Shown: positions 47,731-61,584, counted from the first letter of the stretch. The stretch: 64,000 nt of DNA from Octopus sinensis (GCF_006345805.1 NC_043012.1:32116001-32180000), one strand, 5' to 3'. Notes: generated by a model not told the origin, from the letters alone. Numbers and translations are program-made.

Positions 47731-50164
47731 AGCTTCTTGCTTCTTCTTTTTACCATTACCGCATCATCATTGCTGCCGTATTTCCACTCACTTCACACAT
47801 TTTCAATCTCCTCTATCAAAAAAAAAAACCCCATACTTCTTTTCACCCTATAAACTCACAACATCCCACTGTAATTCGTCGAACCTTTACTTGTGCAATT
47901 TTCATATTTTCCATTCGGGATATTTATATTAAAACAAGTAAAGAAATGTCACCAACTCATTACACACACACAGACACACACACTTGTTCTATGCGTGATG
48001 TTGGGATGTATTAATCTTTTACATTCGTTTCTCCGCTTCATTTCACTCGCTCATTTATTTATATGTAGCAGATATTTTTTTTTAAATAAAATCTTTTATA
48101 CCCCATTTTCTCACTCTCTCTCATATCTTTATGCGCCTGTCTTTTTCTTTTTTTTAATATAATCTTTCATTTAATCTAGAGCGAAAATCTGCTTCATAAA
48201 ATACTGGTCTGGTTTTTTTCTCCGTATATTTATTTCCATCACTGCAAATGTTTGTAAAGGAATTTTACTGGTGCCTGATAAGTCTTCCCCCCCCCCACTT
48301 TCTCTGAGAGAAATAGACCAAAGGATGGATGGGAATTCATTTTCAGTATAATAATTTGTATGTGTACACACACTAATAAATGTGTGTGTGTGAAATATAT
48401 ATATATGTTAGAAGTATTGGGGGTGATGTACAGATTTAATACATATGAAAAAAAAAGATGTTCAGAATGCTGGATGGTTGTAAAAATATATATTTATTTA
48501 CATATCACATATTATTACTTCATATTAGAGCTTTCCAGTACTCATGTATATGTGTATGTATATATATATATATATTACATGCATGCAAGCACACTGTAAT
48601 AGGTATATATATGTGTGTAATCCATTTGGTGTTTAGCAAAAATGTCATGTTAACTCCCATTCCATCTGTTCATGGAACAAGACGGTTTCGCTCTGTTTTT
48701 CCCTCCTACCAAACATACTGTCATCTTCTATAAATCTTTCATCCACTACTTAAACATATCGTTGCGTATTAAGAAAAGAAAAACTCCGCTAGATAAATTA
48801 GGTGTGATGGGCTACAACCCTCTTAGATATAAATAATCCCAGTCGATGGTTAAATATCTCTGGAAATAAATAAATAACTAATTTATCAGAAATAAGGAAA
48901 GAAAAAAAAATTTGTGATTTGTGCTTTCTTCATTTTAGTTTTTAATTACATTTTGTATTTTATTTAAGATGCTAACATTTAGCTGTTATGAAATTATTAT
49001 TGTTCTCGTTAATATCTTATTTAAAGCTGTTGGATTTTGCTTTGTTGCTTTTGTGAAAATTTTTATCGTGTCGAAGGAGGATTTAAAAAGAAACCATTTT
49101 ATACTCTTCTAAAAATTGATCGTTTTCCCCATTGTTTTTTTTTTTAACATTTTTCTTAATTTCACGTCAGTATGTTCTTTATTTTTCGAAATCAATATAT
49201 TAACAATACATTCACTCATTACTCATGTCTTTTCATTTTAGTAGCTCGTCTCACTTGATTGTAAATTTTTTAATTGCTTTAAGCTTGTTGCATCATGTAT
49301 CAATATTTTCCTGTTTTTTTGTTTTTGGTGGGGGATTTGTAGATGTGAATAACGTCACCGTTACAGCTCCAGATAATCTCAGCAATCGAGGGGATTCGCA
49401 TTAATGGAATACGAAGTTCCTATAGGCGTCAGGTCACCTAGCAATTGGAAAAGCATTAAAGCCATCATAGTTGGACCGAGGGTTAGGTTAAACTTCGCAG
49501 CTTCGTTTTTTTTTATTTAAATATCCCTATCAACTGCACCTAAATGGAAGCCACCCTTAAATGTTCGGGTAGCGATGGTGTATTCCCGCTTGGCTGCCTT
49601 GTTTTATCTCGGAGAATATTTAATCAAATTAAGAATGGCTGCTCTCTCTCTCTCTCACTTGAAAACGAAAGTCCATCATTAGTGACTGCTGACTTTTAGA
49701 AGGGAAGTCTCGGGATGCATTAGTTAGAGAGATTCCCAATTCGTGTCTTCTCGCAGCTGGTCCCAGTCTAAGCTGAGTGTGGTTTGGGCTTTTGATATCC
49801 GATACCGAGTGTTATCATGGACCCAGGTTGGGTACCATCTACTCTGACATCCTATAAAATGTTAGGAAGGAATATGACTTTGCGCATACTCTGGGCAGAC
49901 ATGAAATTCCAAGTCGAAGATTATGGTACCTATTTTTGGTTAGTGATACTCTCTGAGGGATACAGTGACATTCCTATGGTTGATATTGACTCCAAGAACG
50001 TAGTTTAAAAAAAAATTGTTTCATCTTGGTTGGCACAGTAGGCAAATGCCTTCTATACTCTTGGGCTAACCAATGGCTTGTGAGTGAAATTGGAAACTGT
50101 ACAGAAGCTCGTAGAATGTGCATGAGTGTGATGTGTGTGTTTGTGCCTTGCAATTATGTACATG

Positions 50165-50540
50165 CAGGCGTGGTTTGTGTGGTAAGAAGCTTGCTTCCCA
50201 ACCACATAATTCCAGGTTCAGTCTCACTGCATGGCACCTTGGACAAGTATTCTCTACTATAACCTCGGGCCGACCAAAGCCTTGTGAGTAGATTAGCTAG
50301 ACGGAAACTGAAAGAAGCTCGTCGTGTGTGTGTGTATGTATATATTGTATATTTATCTGTCCTCCACCACCAGCGCTTGACAACCGGTGTTGGTTTGTTT
50401 ATGTTCCCATAACTTAGCGGTCCAGCTAAAGAGATCTATAGAATAAAGTCAGGGGTTGATTTGTTCAACCAAAGCCTTTCGACACAGTATCCCAGCATGG
50501 CTGCAGTCAAATGACTGAAACAAATAAAAGATAAAAGATG
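50165..50540 (+). mobile_element. SINE family A
   Basis: Head GGCGTGGTTTGTGTGGTAAGAAGC through tail GACTGAAACAAATAAAAGA. Confidence 0.8.
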
Positions 50541-51801
50541 CTGCATGAAACATCATCACAAGTGTCATTGGTGGGTGCTATTGTTTACAGCTGTTGCAAA
50601 AACATGTCCAGCCATTGAGCAGTTCGTCATCTGAAAGATCAGAGAAATAATTATCTCAATTAGTCACCTAACCCTTGCTAAAACTGGATATTAAAATAAT
50701 GTCTGATTTACTTTAGAATTAAAAAAATGTTTTATAAGAATGTAATTTTTTTCTGTTACCATCTCCTATAAATGATGTTATATAAAACTGATTTTGTTAC
50801 TCTATAATCCCAGTTGGCTTTACCTGAGTAAACATATGGCTTTAGAGCTCGTTTATCAAATGCTCCTGAATAATTAATAGGTCTAGCACATAACTTGGTT
50901 AACTGCAAACAACTTCAGTGTTTTCGTTCTGCCATTTAAACAAATGACATAAACACTGGTTTTCTAAATGGAAATGTTCGTCTTGTTCTAAACTTTGCTA
51001 ATAAAGATTTCTAATTGTTCTAACTTTCTAAATCAAATTTGCCAAACTCAGGCAGTGATTTTTACTCTACATTTTGAATGTAAATCCAGTCTTTGTCTTG
51101 TCTGAAAGAGTGTTGGTTAATAATGAAATAATGGTTAACTTGGTAAAAGCTATAGCTATTGAAACATATATAACACTTATGTCCCATGGCTAGGATTTCA
51201 ACAAAAGCTGTTACGTTCTGAGTTCAAATTCCGCCAAGGTCGACTTTGCCTTTCATCCTTTCGGGGTTGATAAATTAAGTACCAGTTACGCACTGGGGTT
51301 GATGTAACCGACTTAAGCCCTTTGTCTGTCCTTGTTTGTCCCCTCTGTGTTTAGCCCCCTGTGGGCAATAAAGAAATATATATACACATACATAACCTGG
51401 GGTGAAATTTGTATAAACCTTTCACCTTCTCCCCTCTGTTGTGTGTATTTTTTATTGGGTTTTATATAATTGTCTTATGTTAATTGGTAACTATAGAATT
51501 GTGAGATCACGAAAGTCCTGCACATATGTGTACTGGCCTGTCGTTGAGTAGCTTACTATTTATTATAAATGGTGGATAATGTGACTTCACTAGATGACAA
51601 CTTACCAAGTGTGTATTACATCTAAAGTTAGTTACTTATTGACTTAGTGAAATTTTGGATTAAAACAATTTTCATACTTCACAAGTTACTTTAAACAAAT
51701 TATGTCATCACTAAAAATTAACCTTTCTGATTTAATTATTATAATTCTGTAGAGATTTTTGATAAAGTTATTATCAAGTTTGAAAGATATTGTATAATGC
51801 T

Positions 51802-52085
51802 AGATTTGACTTGACTTGAGACAGCATTCACCCGGGGTGGGTTGAGCTGGCTTCATTCATCCTCAATGCTGCATCTCTCACAAATGCTGACCAGACCTGA
51901 CGATTTGAGGCTAACAACCGCGTGATCTCCAACCACTCCTTATTCCAGTGGCGAATGCCATAGATATAGGATCCTAGGTTGGGTTCCAGATCAGCCTTGA
52001 CTGTCATCAGCCAAGTTTTTTGTTGTCCACCACATCGCTTTCGCCAACCCTGAAGGGGTGCTGGGGCAATTGCTTCATAGATGAG
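51802..52085 (-). mobile_element. RTE-type LINE 3' fragment with (CAAGT)n tail
   Basis: Minus peptide YEAIAPAPLQGWRKRCGGQQKTW...QVWSAFVRDA. The plus-strand copy at 62960-63326 includes LRWLGHALR. Confidence 0.78.
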
Positions 52086-54591
52086 AATAATGAATTGGAT
52101 TTATTTCTGTTAAGTCAGCAACCAGTTACTACAGTGGCTTGAAAAACAAATGAGATGGCTAAAGACAGCATTCCATATTCAAGAGCCAAAATTTCATTGT
52201 CTAAATTTATCAGTGCTGAAACTATACTTAGTGAACAAACAACACCATGTTCAGTGAATCAACAGCCTGGGCAACCTACTAATAATTCTTGTGTCAGTTC
52301 TCTTTAATAAATATCAAAATTTTGTAGATTTCCTCTTATCATTTATAGAAGAGACATCATACTGAGAGTTAAACAAGGAAGTTCGTGAAAAGATAATTTG
52401 TCAAGTGTGTGTGTGTGGGGGGGGCTTTTATGTTGCATAATGCTATATCTATAGTTTGTGCAAAAGAGTCCACTACTAGTGTTATAGTCAGCATTACTAT
52501 GACTATAATCCTTGCGTTTTTGATAGGAAATCAACTTCAGTTTAGGTTAAGGATGCTTTTGATATGGATCAAGGACAGTACATGGTCGCACAGGATGTCC
52601 TGTTGATAAACAATGTATTGTCAGATGACTCAGCATTTTGCGAAGGAATCTTGAAAACTTATTGTATCAACAGTATCATTCCTTCAAATGCTTAAGTGGA
52701 AATTCCTTTTTGGTGCTGTAAATGATCAGTGACAGTGACAGGAAATTATTTTTGATTCATGAAGACATTATAGAAAAGCTAATATTATGGAGATGTACTT
52801 GCATAGCGAGTGACTTGATCTGAGATCATGTGCTGGAACGAAAACAATTGCAGTGTGGAAGGTGTTTATAAACCATTTAAGAAACACACAAAAACCGTTA
52901 GATTCACTTCAACATTTTAATTTAATTTGTCACAATATTTTCGTCGCTTTGAGACCGCAACCTGTTCACGGTCAGATGCAGCACGAAGTTTTGTCAGTGA
53001 ACAGGTCGCGGTCTGAAAGCGACGAAAATATTTTGACAAATTAAATTTAAATGTCGAAGTGACTCTTACGGTTTTGTGTGTTTCTTAAATGGCTTATAAA
53101 CAAACACCTTCCACGCTGCAATTGTCTAATATTAATTCATAGTCCTAAATAATGTTCAGAGGGTAGTATGGTCTATAACAGAAACAAGCTTAACTCAATT
53201 GAAAAGCAATTGTTAAAAAATTGAAGTAAACAATTGCCATGTTATAAATGGAGTTTTTGTGGTTTACGGAATCTCATTCTGCCACCTTGGGAGTTTTGGC
53301 ATTATCACAATATTGATGACTTCAGATTAAATTTAAAACTAAATTTCCACCTTTTAGCTGTTTCTTCTGCATGTGTTGATCCCTGATTTAATAACTTATT
53401 TGACAAACCTTCAAAATGTTGAATTTTCATTGACTGTAACAGGTTCATCAAAATTACAACTGATCAACTTATATTATGAACAAAACTTTGGCAGCAATTG
53501 TCATTAGAAGACCCAAACTAATTCATAAAACGGTGTAAAAGATTCGAGCGAGGTCGTTGCCAGTACCGCCTGATTGGCCCCGTGCCGGTGGCATGTAAAA
53601 GCACCCACTACACTCTCGGAGTGGTTGGCGTTAGGAAGGGCATCCAGCTGTAGAAACTCTTGCAAGATCAAGATTGAAGCCTGGTGCAGCCATCTGGTTC
53701 GCCAGCCCTCAGTCAAAATCGTCCAACCCATGCTAGCATGGAAAGCGGACGTTAAACGATGATGATGATGATGATGATAAACATACAATTTACTGTGCTT
53801 GATTAATTTAAGCATTACTTTCAAATTTACATAAAGAAAAGTAACTTCTCAAAGTATCTTTCAATATATCTTATTCACCTTGTGTGGTACTCCTTGCTCT
53901 ATTTATAGTACAGTAACACTCAGTTTAAAATTCGTTGAATTTTTAGAATTTCCAAGAAAATGGAATGTTTGTGAAAGTCAAACTGCACCTTCAGAAGGAC
54001 AAAATATTACAATGGAATGATATTACAATACAGATAAGATAAACAAGTGAATGAAAACCTCCACTTGCTTTAATGAGTAATAGATTGTCTTCTGTGGTTC
54101 AAAGATCACATATCATTCAACGCTGGAAAGATCAAATGACTCATCATTGAAAGAAATTGGTTAGTTGAGAAGTGGTTGGAATATTCGTTTACTGCCACAG
54201 TCTGTATCAAGTTGCAGTGGAGAGTCAGTTGTAATGAGCCACTGATCTTGTGCTCCTGAATCTAAGACTCAACCAATACATCTTGGATGTGTTCGTCTCT
54301 CACATTAGTAAATATAAATGATACATTCCTTGATGACAACATATTAATTCATCACTCCTGTATAATTGCAACAATCCTAACAGACCTCAAAATAACAAGA
54401 TTGCTTGCCTATTTGAATAAATTATGTCCTAATGATAAACAGTAACTATTTCAGTTTTGTGATGTTTTATTGTTAATTACTAGGTTTTATTTTATTAATG
54501 AATTATTAATTTTGGAAAATATCTTCTAAATGCTTCTTCTTCATGTTTTACGTATTGTAGAATTGCATGAGGACATGAGTACCATGCTCTT

Positions 54592-54818
54592 ATATGTGTG
54601 TGTCCTTTATACAAATCCACAATTTTTCAGTTAGAGGGCTTGCACTTTCTATGGTCATTCAAAACCGTTCAAGGGTGGTCATGCACATCTTTACATTTCC
54701 CCAGTCACCCTGCAAAGCCATTAAAAAATCAATAGAAGTGACTTTTTTTGTGAATTGCCTGAAACTTGATACGCCAATTGAATGCCAGCTAGCTGGCGTT
54801 GCCGGGTCATAGTGCTAG
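54592..54818 (+). mobile_element. Helitron copy with internal deletion
   Basis: Body jumps from GCCAGCTAGCT to GGCGTTGCCGGGTCATAGTGCTAG|T. Confidence 0.75.
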
Positions 54819-55151
54819 TTTATTATAAAAGATTAATGAAGGGACTGTTTTAGTCAATAGCTTCTGAGGTTTGAAACATGTCTGTGGTTGAATACTGACT
54901 CCTTGAAATTGGAAATTCCAAATAAGTTCAGGAAATTCTTCCTGTTTTAAGTGTCTATAAGACTTGCCAATGCCATAGAATAAATTAGCTTATTTGTGTG
55001 AAGTTTAATCTCTAGGCTCTTTAATCATTTTTGACAGTATAAATTTTCGATAAATTCATGAGCAACAATATAGTTTAACTTCTATAACAGTGAAGCTTTA
55101 GCAAATCCTTGGGAAAGTGTAACTGTGTAGTTATTTTTCCTGAGAATAACT

Positions 55152-55547
55152 TACTTACTTGTGGCGACATTTACCCTGGGCGGGTTGAGTCGGCTTCTTC
55201 TACCACCCTTGAGGCATCTTGAACCATGGCAGTGGAAGAAGTTTCGTGGGAATATGAATTTCACAAGAGGTCCCCAACAATCCCGCATGTAGAGACATCC
55301 TGTTTGCCGCAGATTGTTCGCAGACACAGGGACAGAACGACCAAAGAGCCGCCGGTTGCCAAAACAGACACTCTGACGATTTTCACCAGAGCTGTCTGCT
55401 GGGTTGTGACCCTAATACCACTCAGTGTCAAACCAATCTGCCTTGGGTGGCCCTACCAGGAACCAAAGTTCCCGACGGCATAGCTCTGACACTACCCGTC
55501 GCCAGCGTCCCCACCATGGTGAGGAGGGGATGGATTTTGAGGACACA
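55152..55547 (-). mobile_element. Short retroposed non-autonomous RTE-derived element with 12-bp TSD
   Basis: TSD CTGAGAATAACT at 55140-55151 and 55548-55559. (AAGT)n tail, and 3' end similar to 51802-52085. Confidence 0.75.
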
Positions 55548-55608
55548 CTGAGAATAACTGCTTCTTTCTGCATTGAGTATCATGGTTAATTTTGAGAATC
55601 TCCATTAA

Positions 55609-55820
55609 CCCTTTAGCATTTAAACTGGCCCAAATATTCTATCTGTTTTATGCTCAAACTGGCCAGATCTGGCCTCCCATACATACCCTACAATGTCATT
55701 CTGAAAAAATAAACAATTGCATCATCAACTTCTCAAAGCTCCAAGATAATGTATGATTAATTCGAAACAATGTGAATAACTTAGCATTACATTTGACAGA
55801 ATAATCTGAACGCTAAAGAG
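55609..55820. mobile_element. piggyBac-like MITE (CCCTTTAG family)
   Basis: TTAA|CCCTTTAGC...GCTAAAGAG|TTAA. Confidence 0.78.
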
Positions 55821-56304
55821 TTAAAAATATTATCTCTGGGACCTAATCTTATATTAATTGCTTGTTCATTTGCCATCATGGGTTAGACATATGTTAACTG
55901 AGATTTTTTTTAACCGCTGGATGCCTTCTCGTCACTAATTCTTACCTGATTTTCAAGTAAGGGTAATTTATTCCACATATTCTTCTGAAGCACTGAACCA
56001 GCAAATGATTTGTTGACTGGGGATATCAATAAAGCTCACTAGTTTTTGCTCAACACTTTTTATACAAGTAAGGAATTTAAACATTCACACAAATACAGAC
56101 TTATGGCAGGCTTCTGTACAGTTTCCATTTACTATTTTCACTCACGAGATATGTTTTATATGCTTTTATCCAAAATGGAGACACTGATGTCTCATGTGAT
56201 AGGCTTGATAATCGTTGAGGTAGTTCTTAACATGAACCAATGATATCCTTAAGAATCTTTAACCACCAGTGTGGTGTTGAGCACTCATTCTCATCAGCAT
56301 TATC

Positions 56305-56830
56305 ATCATCATCGTTTAACATCCACTTTCCATGCTAGCATGGGTTGGACGATTTGACTGAGGTCTGGCAGCACCAGGCCCCAATCTTGATCTGGCAGAG
56401 TTTCTACAGCTGGATGCCCTTCCTAACACCAACCACTCCGAGAGTGTAGTGGGTGCTTTTACGTGCCACCGGCATGGGGGCCAGTCAGGCGGTACTGGCA
56501 ACGACCTCGCTCGAATCTTTTTACACATGCTACTGGTAACGATCATGCTCGAATGGTGCCTTTTACGTGCCACCAGCACGGGAACCAGTTAGCCGCTCTG
56601 GCAACGATCACGCACGGATGGCGCTCTTAGCACCCTACTAGCACGGGGCTCAAGTGCCAGTAAGGCGACGCTGGTAACAATCACACTCAAATGGTGCCAC
56701 TGGCATGGAAGCCGGTTAGCCGCTCTGTCAATGATCACACTCGTATGGTGCTCTTTGCACCTCGCTAGCACGGATGCCAGTCATCGAATTTGATTTTGAT
56801 TTCACTTGCCTCAACAAGTCTTCACAAGCT
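56305..56830 (-). mobile_element. RTE 3' end, second subfamily (GATCACGCTCGAATGGTG-type units)
   Basis: Same conserved terminal block (TAGGAAGGGCATCCAGCTGTAGAAAC) with different repeat units. Related copies at ~4410-4725, 10276-10750, 11195-11415, 21118-21430, 27284-27480, 32425-32800, 33245-33650, 53530-53780, 57830-58435, 59750-60130 and 63930-64000. Confidence 0.82.
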
Positions 56831-57996
56831 GTTTAGTGTCCAAAGAAGTGTATGTATGTCTATATATAGTTTACGTCATGAGAATTTAGAAACTTCAATA
56901 TGGTTAAATTAAATATTCTATCTGTATTGTTTTTATCTATGGGACTTAATATTTCTAAAATTTGGCTTAACATCACAATTTTTCCATATTCTTCTTCTAC
57001 TCTGGTTATTATCTGTCATTTATGCTATTGATAGAGCAAATTATTTTGTTGCTAATAAAAGCAGCAGTCCATAGCTGTGTGCTTATGAAGTTCACTGCTT
57101 ACCCATATGATTTTGGGTTCAATCCCACTGCACAGCACTGATTAATGCCTTGATAGGAAATTTGGAAGATTGAAACTGAAAGAAATCTATTGCATAGTTT
57201 TTGCATATTTGTGTGAAATTTTACAAAACTACACCGAGTACAGATAACATCTTTTTGAATTAAGCTACAACTGGTAAAGTTTGTTGATACAGCTTGTCAG
57301 TAAGATAGCCTGCTTTCTCTGTACTCTTGAATTCATCATTATCATCATCATCATACATCCTCTTTCCATCCTGGCAAGCATAGATATGACAGTTCGACAG
57401 AGAACTGGCAAGCTGCTGGGTTGTATCAAGCTTCAGTGTCATCATTGGCATCGTTTCTATGGCTGGATGCACCTTCCTAACACTTTTTAGCACAGTGTGT
57501 GCTGGGTGCTTTTTTCATGCCGCCAGCACTGATAAAGTTGTTGTGTAACTTGCAAGAAAGAAAAGAAGTAAAATGGGGGGAAATTCTTCTGGAATAAAAA
57601 CCCCTTACATGAAAAACAAGTATGGATTGCCACCAGGAAGTGCATCCAGCAAGAAAAGTCCTGCCTCAAAATTCACTTCTAAGCCATACTAGTATGTAAA
57701 ACATGTTAAAGAAAAGGAAAAGATGGTCTTAGATAACAGCACATCATCCAGCCATGTTGATCTGTCTCTTTAACTTTTACTCCAAATACTAGGTTTGTTC
57801 TCCAGAATTCTTTCATTTTCTTGGATCACCATCATCATCATCGTTCCATGCTAGCATGGGTTGGACGGTTCGACCGGGGATCTGGGAAGCCAGAAGGCTG
57901 CACCAGGCTCCAGTCTGATCTGGCAGTGTTTCTACAGTTGGATGCCCTTCCTAACGCCAACCACTCCGTGAGTGTAGTGGGTGCTTTTTTACGTGC

Positions 57997-58368
57997 AATG
58001 GCCCAGTGGTTAGGGCAGCGGACTCGCGGTCGGAGGATCGCGGTTTCGATTCCCAGACCGGGCATTGTGAATGTTTATTGAGCAAAAACACCAAAAGTTC
58101 CACGAGGCTCCGGCAGGGGATGGTGGTGAACCCTGCTGTACTCTTTCACCACAACTTTCTCTCGCTCTTTCTTCCTGTTTCTCTTGTACCTGTATTTCAA
58201 AGGGCCAGCCTTGTCACAATCTGTGTCACGCTGAATCTCCTCGAGAACTACGTTAAGGGTACACGTGTCTGTGGAGTGCTCAGCCACTTGCACGTTAATA
58301 TCACGAGCAAGCTGTTCCGTTGATCGTATCAGCTGGGACCCTCATCGTCGCAACCGACGGAGTGCTCC
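57997..58368 (+). mobile_element. tRNA-derived SINE family D with 7-bp TSD TACGTGC, inserted in an RTE 3' end
   Basis: A box TGGCCCAGTGG, B box GGTTTCGATTCC, TSD at 57990-57996 and 58369-58375. Confidence 0.87.
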
Positions 58369-61135
58369 TACGTGCCACCAGCACAGGTGCCAGGGGAGGC
58401 TGACTGCGGTCACGATCGGTTGGTGCTTTTTACGTGGTTTGCTGCTTGGAACTTGAAAGATCAACTATTATAAAAACTTCCTCAAAGTGAAGGCACAGGC
58501 TGAAAAGCTGAGGATTTTCCAATCGAAGCTGGATACAGTATGAGGCAATTTTTGTCGCTAGGCCTAACTTATAAAGCAAACACCATCATGAGTGACATCC
58601 AGACTACAGTGGAGAAGGCAAGCCACTAGATTTGGTTAAAGAGATGATGAGCAATGGCTGGAAGAATATTGAGCAAAACCTAGTGACCAGTAGATCGAGC
58701 AGGTGGGGGCTTCATCTCAGTGGTGTTTGTGATGGGGGCAGTGCACAATAATGTAATTGATTCATCCCCTCCCCCAAAATGGCTGCTCTTGTGGCAAAAT
58801 TTGAATATTATTATTGTACTTTCTTCACTTCTGCCTTGATTCCATTTTAGGCATAGTCATTTCTCTTCCCATATTAAAACCACTGGTTATTTAAAGTTAA
58901 AAATTTAGTAACCACTCTACTTTATTTACCCCTCCCCCTCCTTAAATGTGAATAGGGATTCTTAGTTTACATTGAATTCATCCTCTTTGAAAGTAAACTT
59001 CAAATTTGGAAAACTTGCCAACTAATTTGTTTCATTCTGAATAGACTTTATTGTATTATGAATATAATTGCTTATTATAATACCAACTTGACTCCAGCAT
59101 TGCTTTAGTCATGTGATTTTGTTTTTCAAATTGTTGCTTATACAGTATTTGAAGTATAATTATAACTATTTTGCTTTTATGATCCACAGTCATGTGGAAG
59201 GACTTTGGGAGAAGTGAACAATATAACATCCTAATCAACAGAGTTGTCATTTAAGAGGTGGTTGAGAGAGCGACCACTTACAGCAGACCAGCTTAGTACA
59301 GTGTTGAATAATGGCATTGCTTGTCTTCCAGCCTTAGCTTTTCACACTGTTAGATGAAACTGTTTCAAAATTGTCCGGTATTTCTAAGTTCAGTGATCAC
59401 ATTTAATTGCTACATACATGCGTGTGCATGTAAGGGAAAAGGCTTTGTTGAAAACAATTACTCTTTCAAATATGTACTTTACATATATATATAAATATAA
59501 TTTATATCATTAAAATTTTTTTTTTTCAGAATGAGATAAAAATCCAAGACTGGGAAAGATTTTAGTACATTTATAAATAGGTCTTACATCTGTTTCTGGG
59601 ATATTTTAAATATCCCTTCATCTGAGACATTGTACCTGGAGCATAACTATGGTCTGTCCATAGCACTTACTCAGCATTACCTGACACCTTTGGGTCTTAT
59701 TGACACCATTACCTCTCATAACCTCTATATATTCATATTATATATGTGATTACTGGCACTTGAGCCCCGTGCTAGTAGGGTATTATGAGCACCATCCGAG
59801 CGTGATCGTTGCCAGAGCAGCTATCTGGCCTCCGTGCAGGTGGCACGTGAAAGACGCATTTCAAGCGTGATTGTTACCAGCATCGCCTTACTGGCACCTG
59901 TGCCGGTGGCATGTGTAAAAGATTCGAGCATGGTCGTTGCTAGTACCGCCTGACTGACCCCGTGCCTGTGGCATGTAAAGGCACCCACTACACTCTCGGA
60001 GTGGTTGGCGTTAGGAAGGCCATCCAGCCGTAGAAACTGCCAGATCAAGATTGAAGCCTGGTTCGCCAGCCCTCAGTCATACGTGCAATCCATGCTAGCA
60101 TGGAAAGCAGACGTTAAACGATGATGATGTGCGTGTGTATAATTATATATACTAGCAGACTCACCACACTTCAGGCAGTTTTCTGCTAGTCATAATGATA
60201 AGCAAACGTTGTGCAAGCCTAGGTGTTGTTAGGAAGTGCTTCCCTACCACATGATCTGATCCAGTCCCACTGCATGGCATCTTGGGTAGAGTCTTCTACT
60301 ATAGTCCCAGGCCAACCAGAACCTTGTGAATGGATTTAACAGATGGAAAGAAGTCTGTTATGGGTATCTCCTCATCTTGACATCTCATGGTAGTTAGTTG
60401 TAAGCAGGTGTCACTGTCATACGAGTCGTATCATTTGCTTCCAGTCTTCCATGAAAACCTGTCCAGCAAAGAGAAAATATTATCTTACTTGGAAACAGGC
60501 GTGAGTTGGTGACCTTGGAAGGATTTCTAGCCATACAAAAATCTACCTCAGTAGAAAAGTGGACATTGGAAGGATGACATTTGTAGCCATGGCTCCAAAT
60601 CGAGGATGAACTTCACAATTATTTTAGAAATTGCTCCGCATACTCCTTTACAAGCACTCTCCATGATGTGCAAAGCTGAGAGGTACCCCCCCACACACAC
60701 TATGAGAGAGAGTGAGAGACATACACACACAAGTATAACTGGTTACAAAATGAACTTCTTAACTGTAGTTTTTGGATTCAGTCCCACTGCCTGATCTCGA
60801 GCCAGTGTCTTTTACTACAGCTTCGGGCCAACCAATGCTTTCTCGGTGCATACAAGAGACAGAAACAGAAAGAAGCTTATTATATAATGTGTGTGTTCAT
60901 GTCTCCTTGTCTTGACATTGTGGACTAATTGTAAACAAGTATCGTCCTTCATTTACATTCTTCCAAGAAAACATTTTGCCTTCTTTTTGCTGCTTGTTTG
61001 AAGGACCAGGGAGGGTAATATTGGAAGCAGGTGATGGATGGCAACAGAAAGATCATCTGGCCACAGAAAATTTGTTTTGACAAATTTTATCTGACCCATA
61101 CAGGCATGAAAAAGTAAAGGTTAAAACAATGATAA

Positions 61136-61184
<49 letters not shown>

Positions 61185-61185
<1 letters not shown>

Positions 61186-61530
61186 TAGCACTATGACCCG
61201 GCAACGCTGGGTCATAGTGCTAGTGCATGCATATACAGCTGCATGCGTGCGCACATACACGCGAGTACTGCCCAAATCTCTGACTAATCACATACAACTA
61301 GCTGGCATTCAATTGGCGCATCAAGTTTTGTGCATTTTGATTGGGTTTTGGATAGAAAATTCACAAAAAAGTCACTTCTATTGATTTTTTAATGGTTTTG
61401 CGGGGTGACTGGGGAAATGTAAAGATGTGCACGACCACCCTTGAAAGTGTGAACCCTCTATCTGAAAAATTGTGGATTTGTATAAAAGACATACACACAG
61501 ACAGACATTTTGCCATTTCCATATATATAT
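61185..61530 (-). mobile_element. Helitron copy in a (TA)n tract
   Basis: Same hairpin terminus and body. A 5' stub also occurs at ~560-595. Confidence 0.8.
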
Positions 61531-61584
61531 ATATATAATATATATATATATATATGTGTGTATATATATAATATATATTAGTTA

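Noticed and set aside
57997-58070. tRNA gene
   Set aside because: A and B boxes are present, but there is no complete cloverleaf or acceptor stem, and it continues into a SINE body flanked by a TSD.
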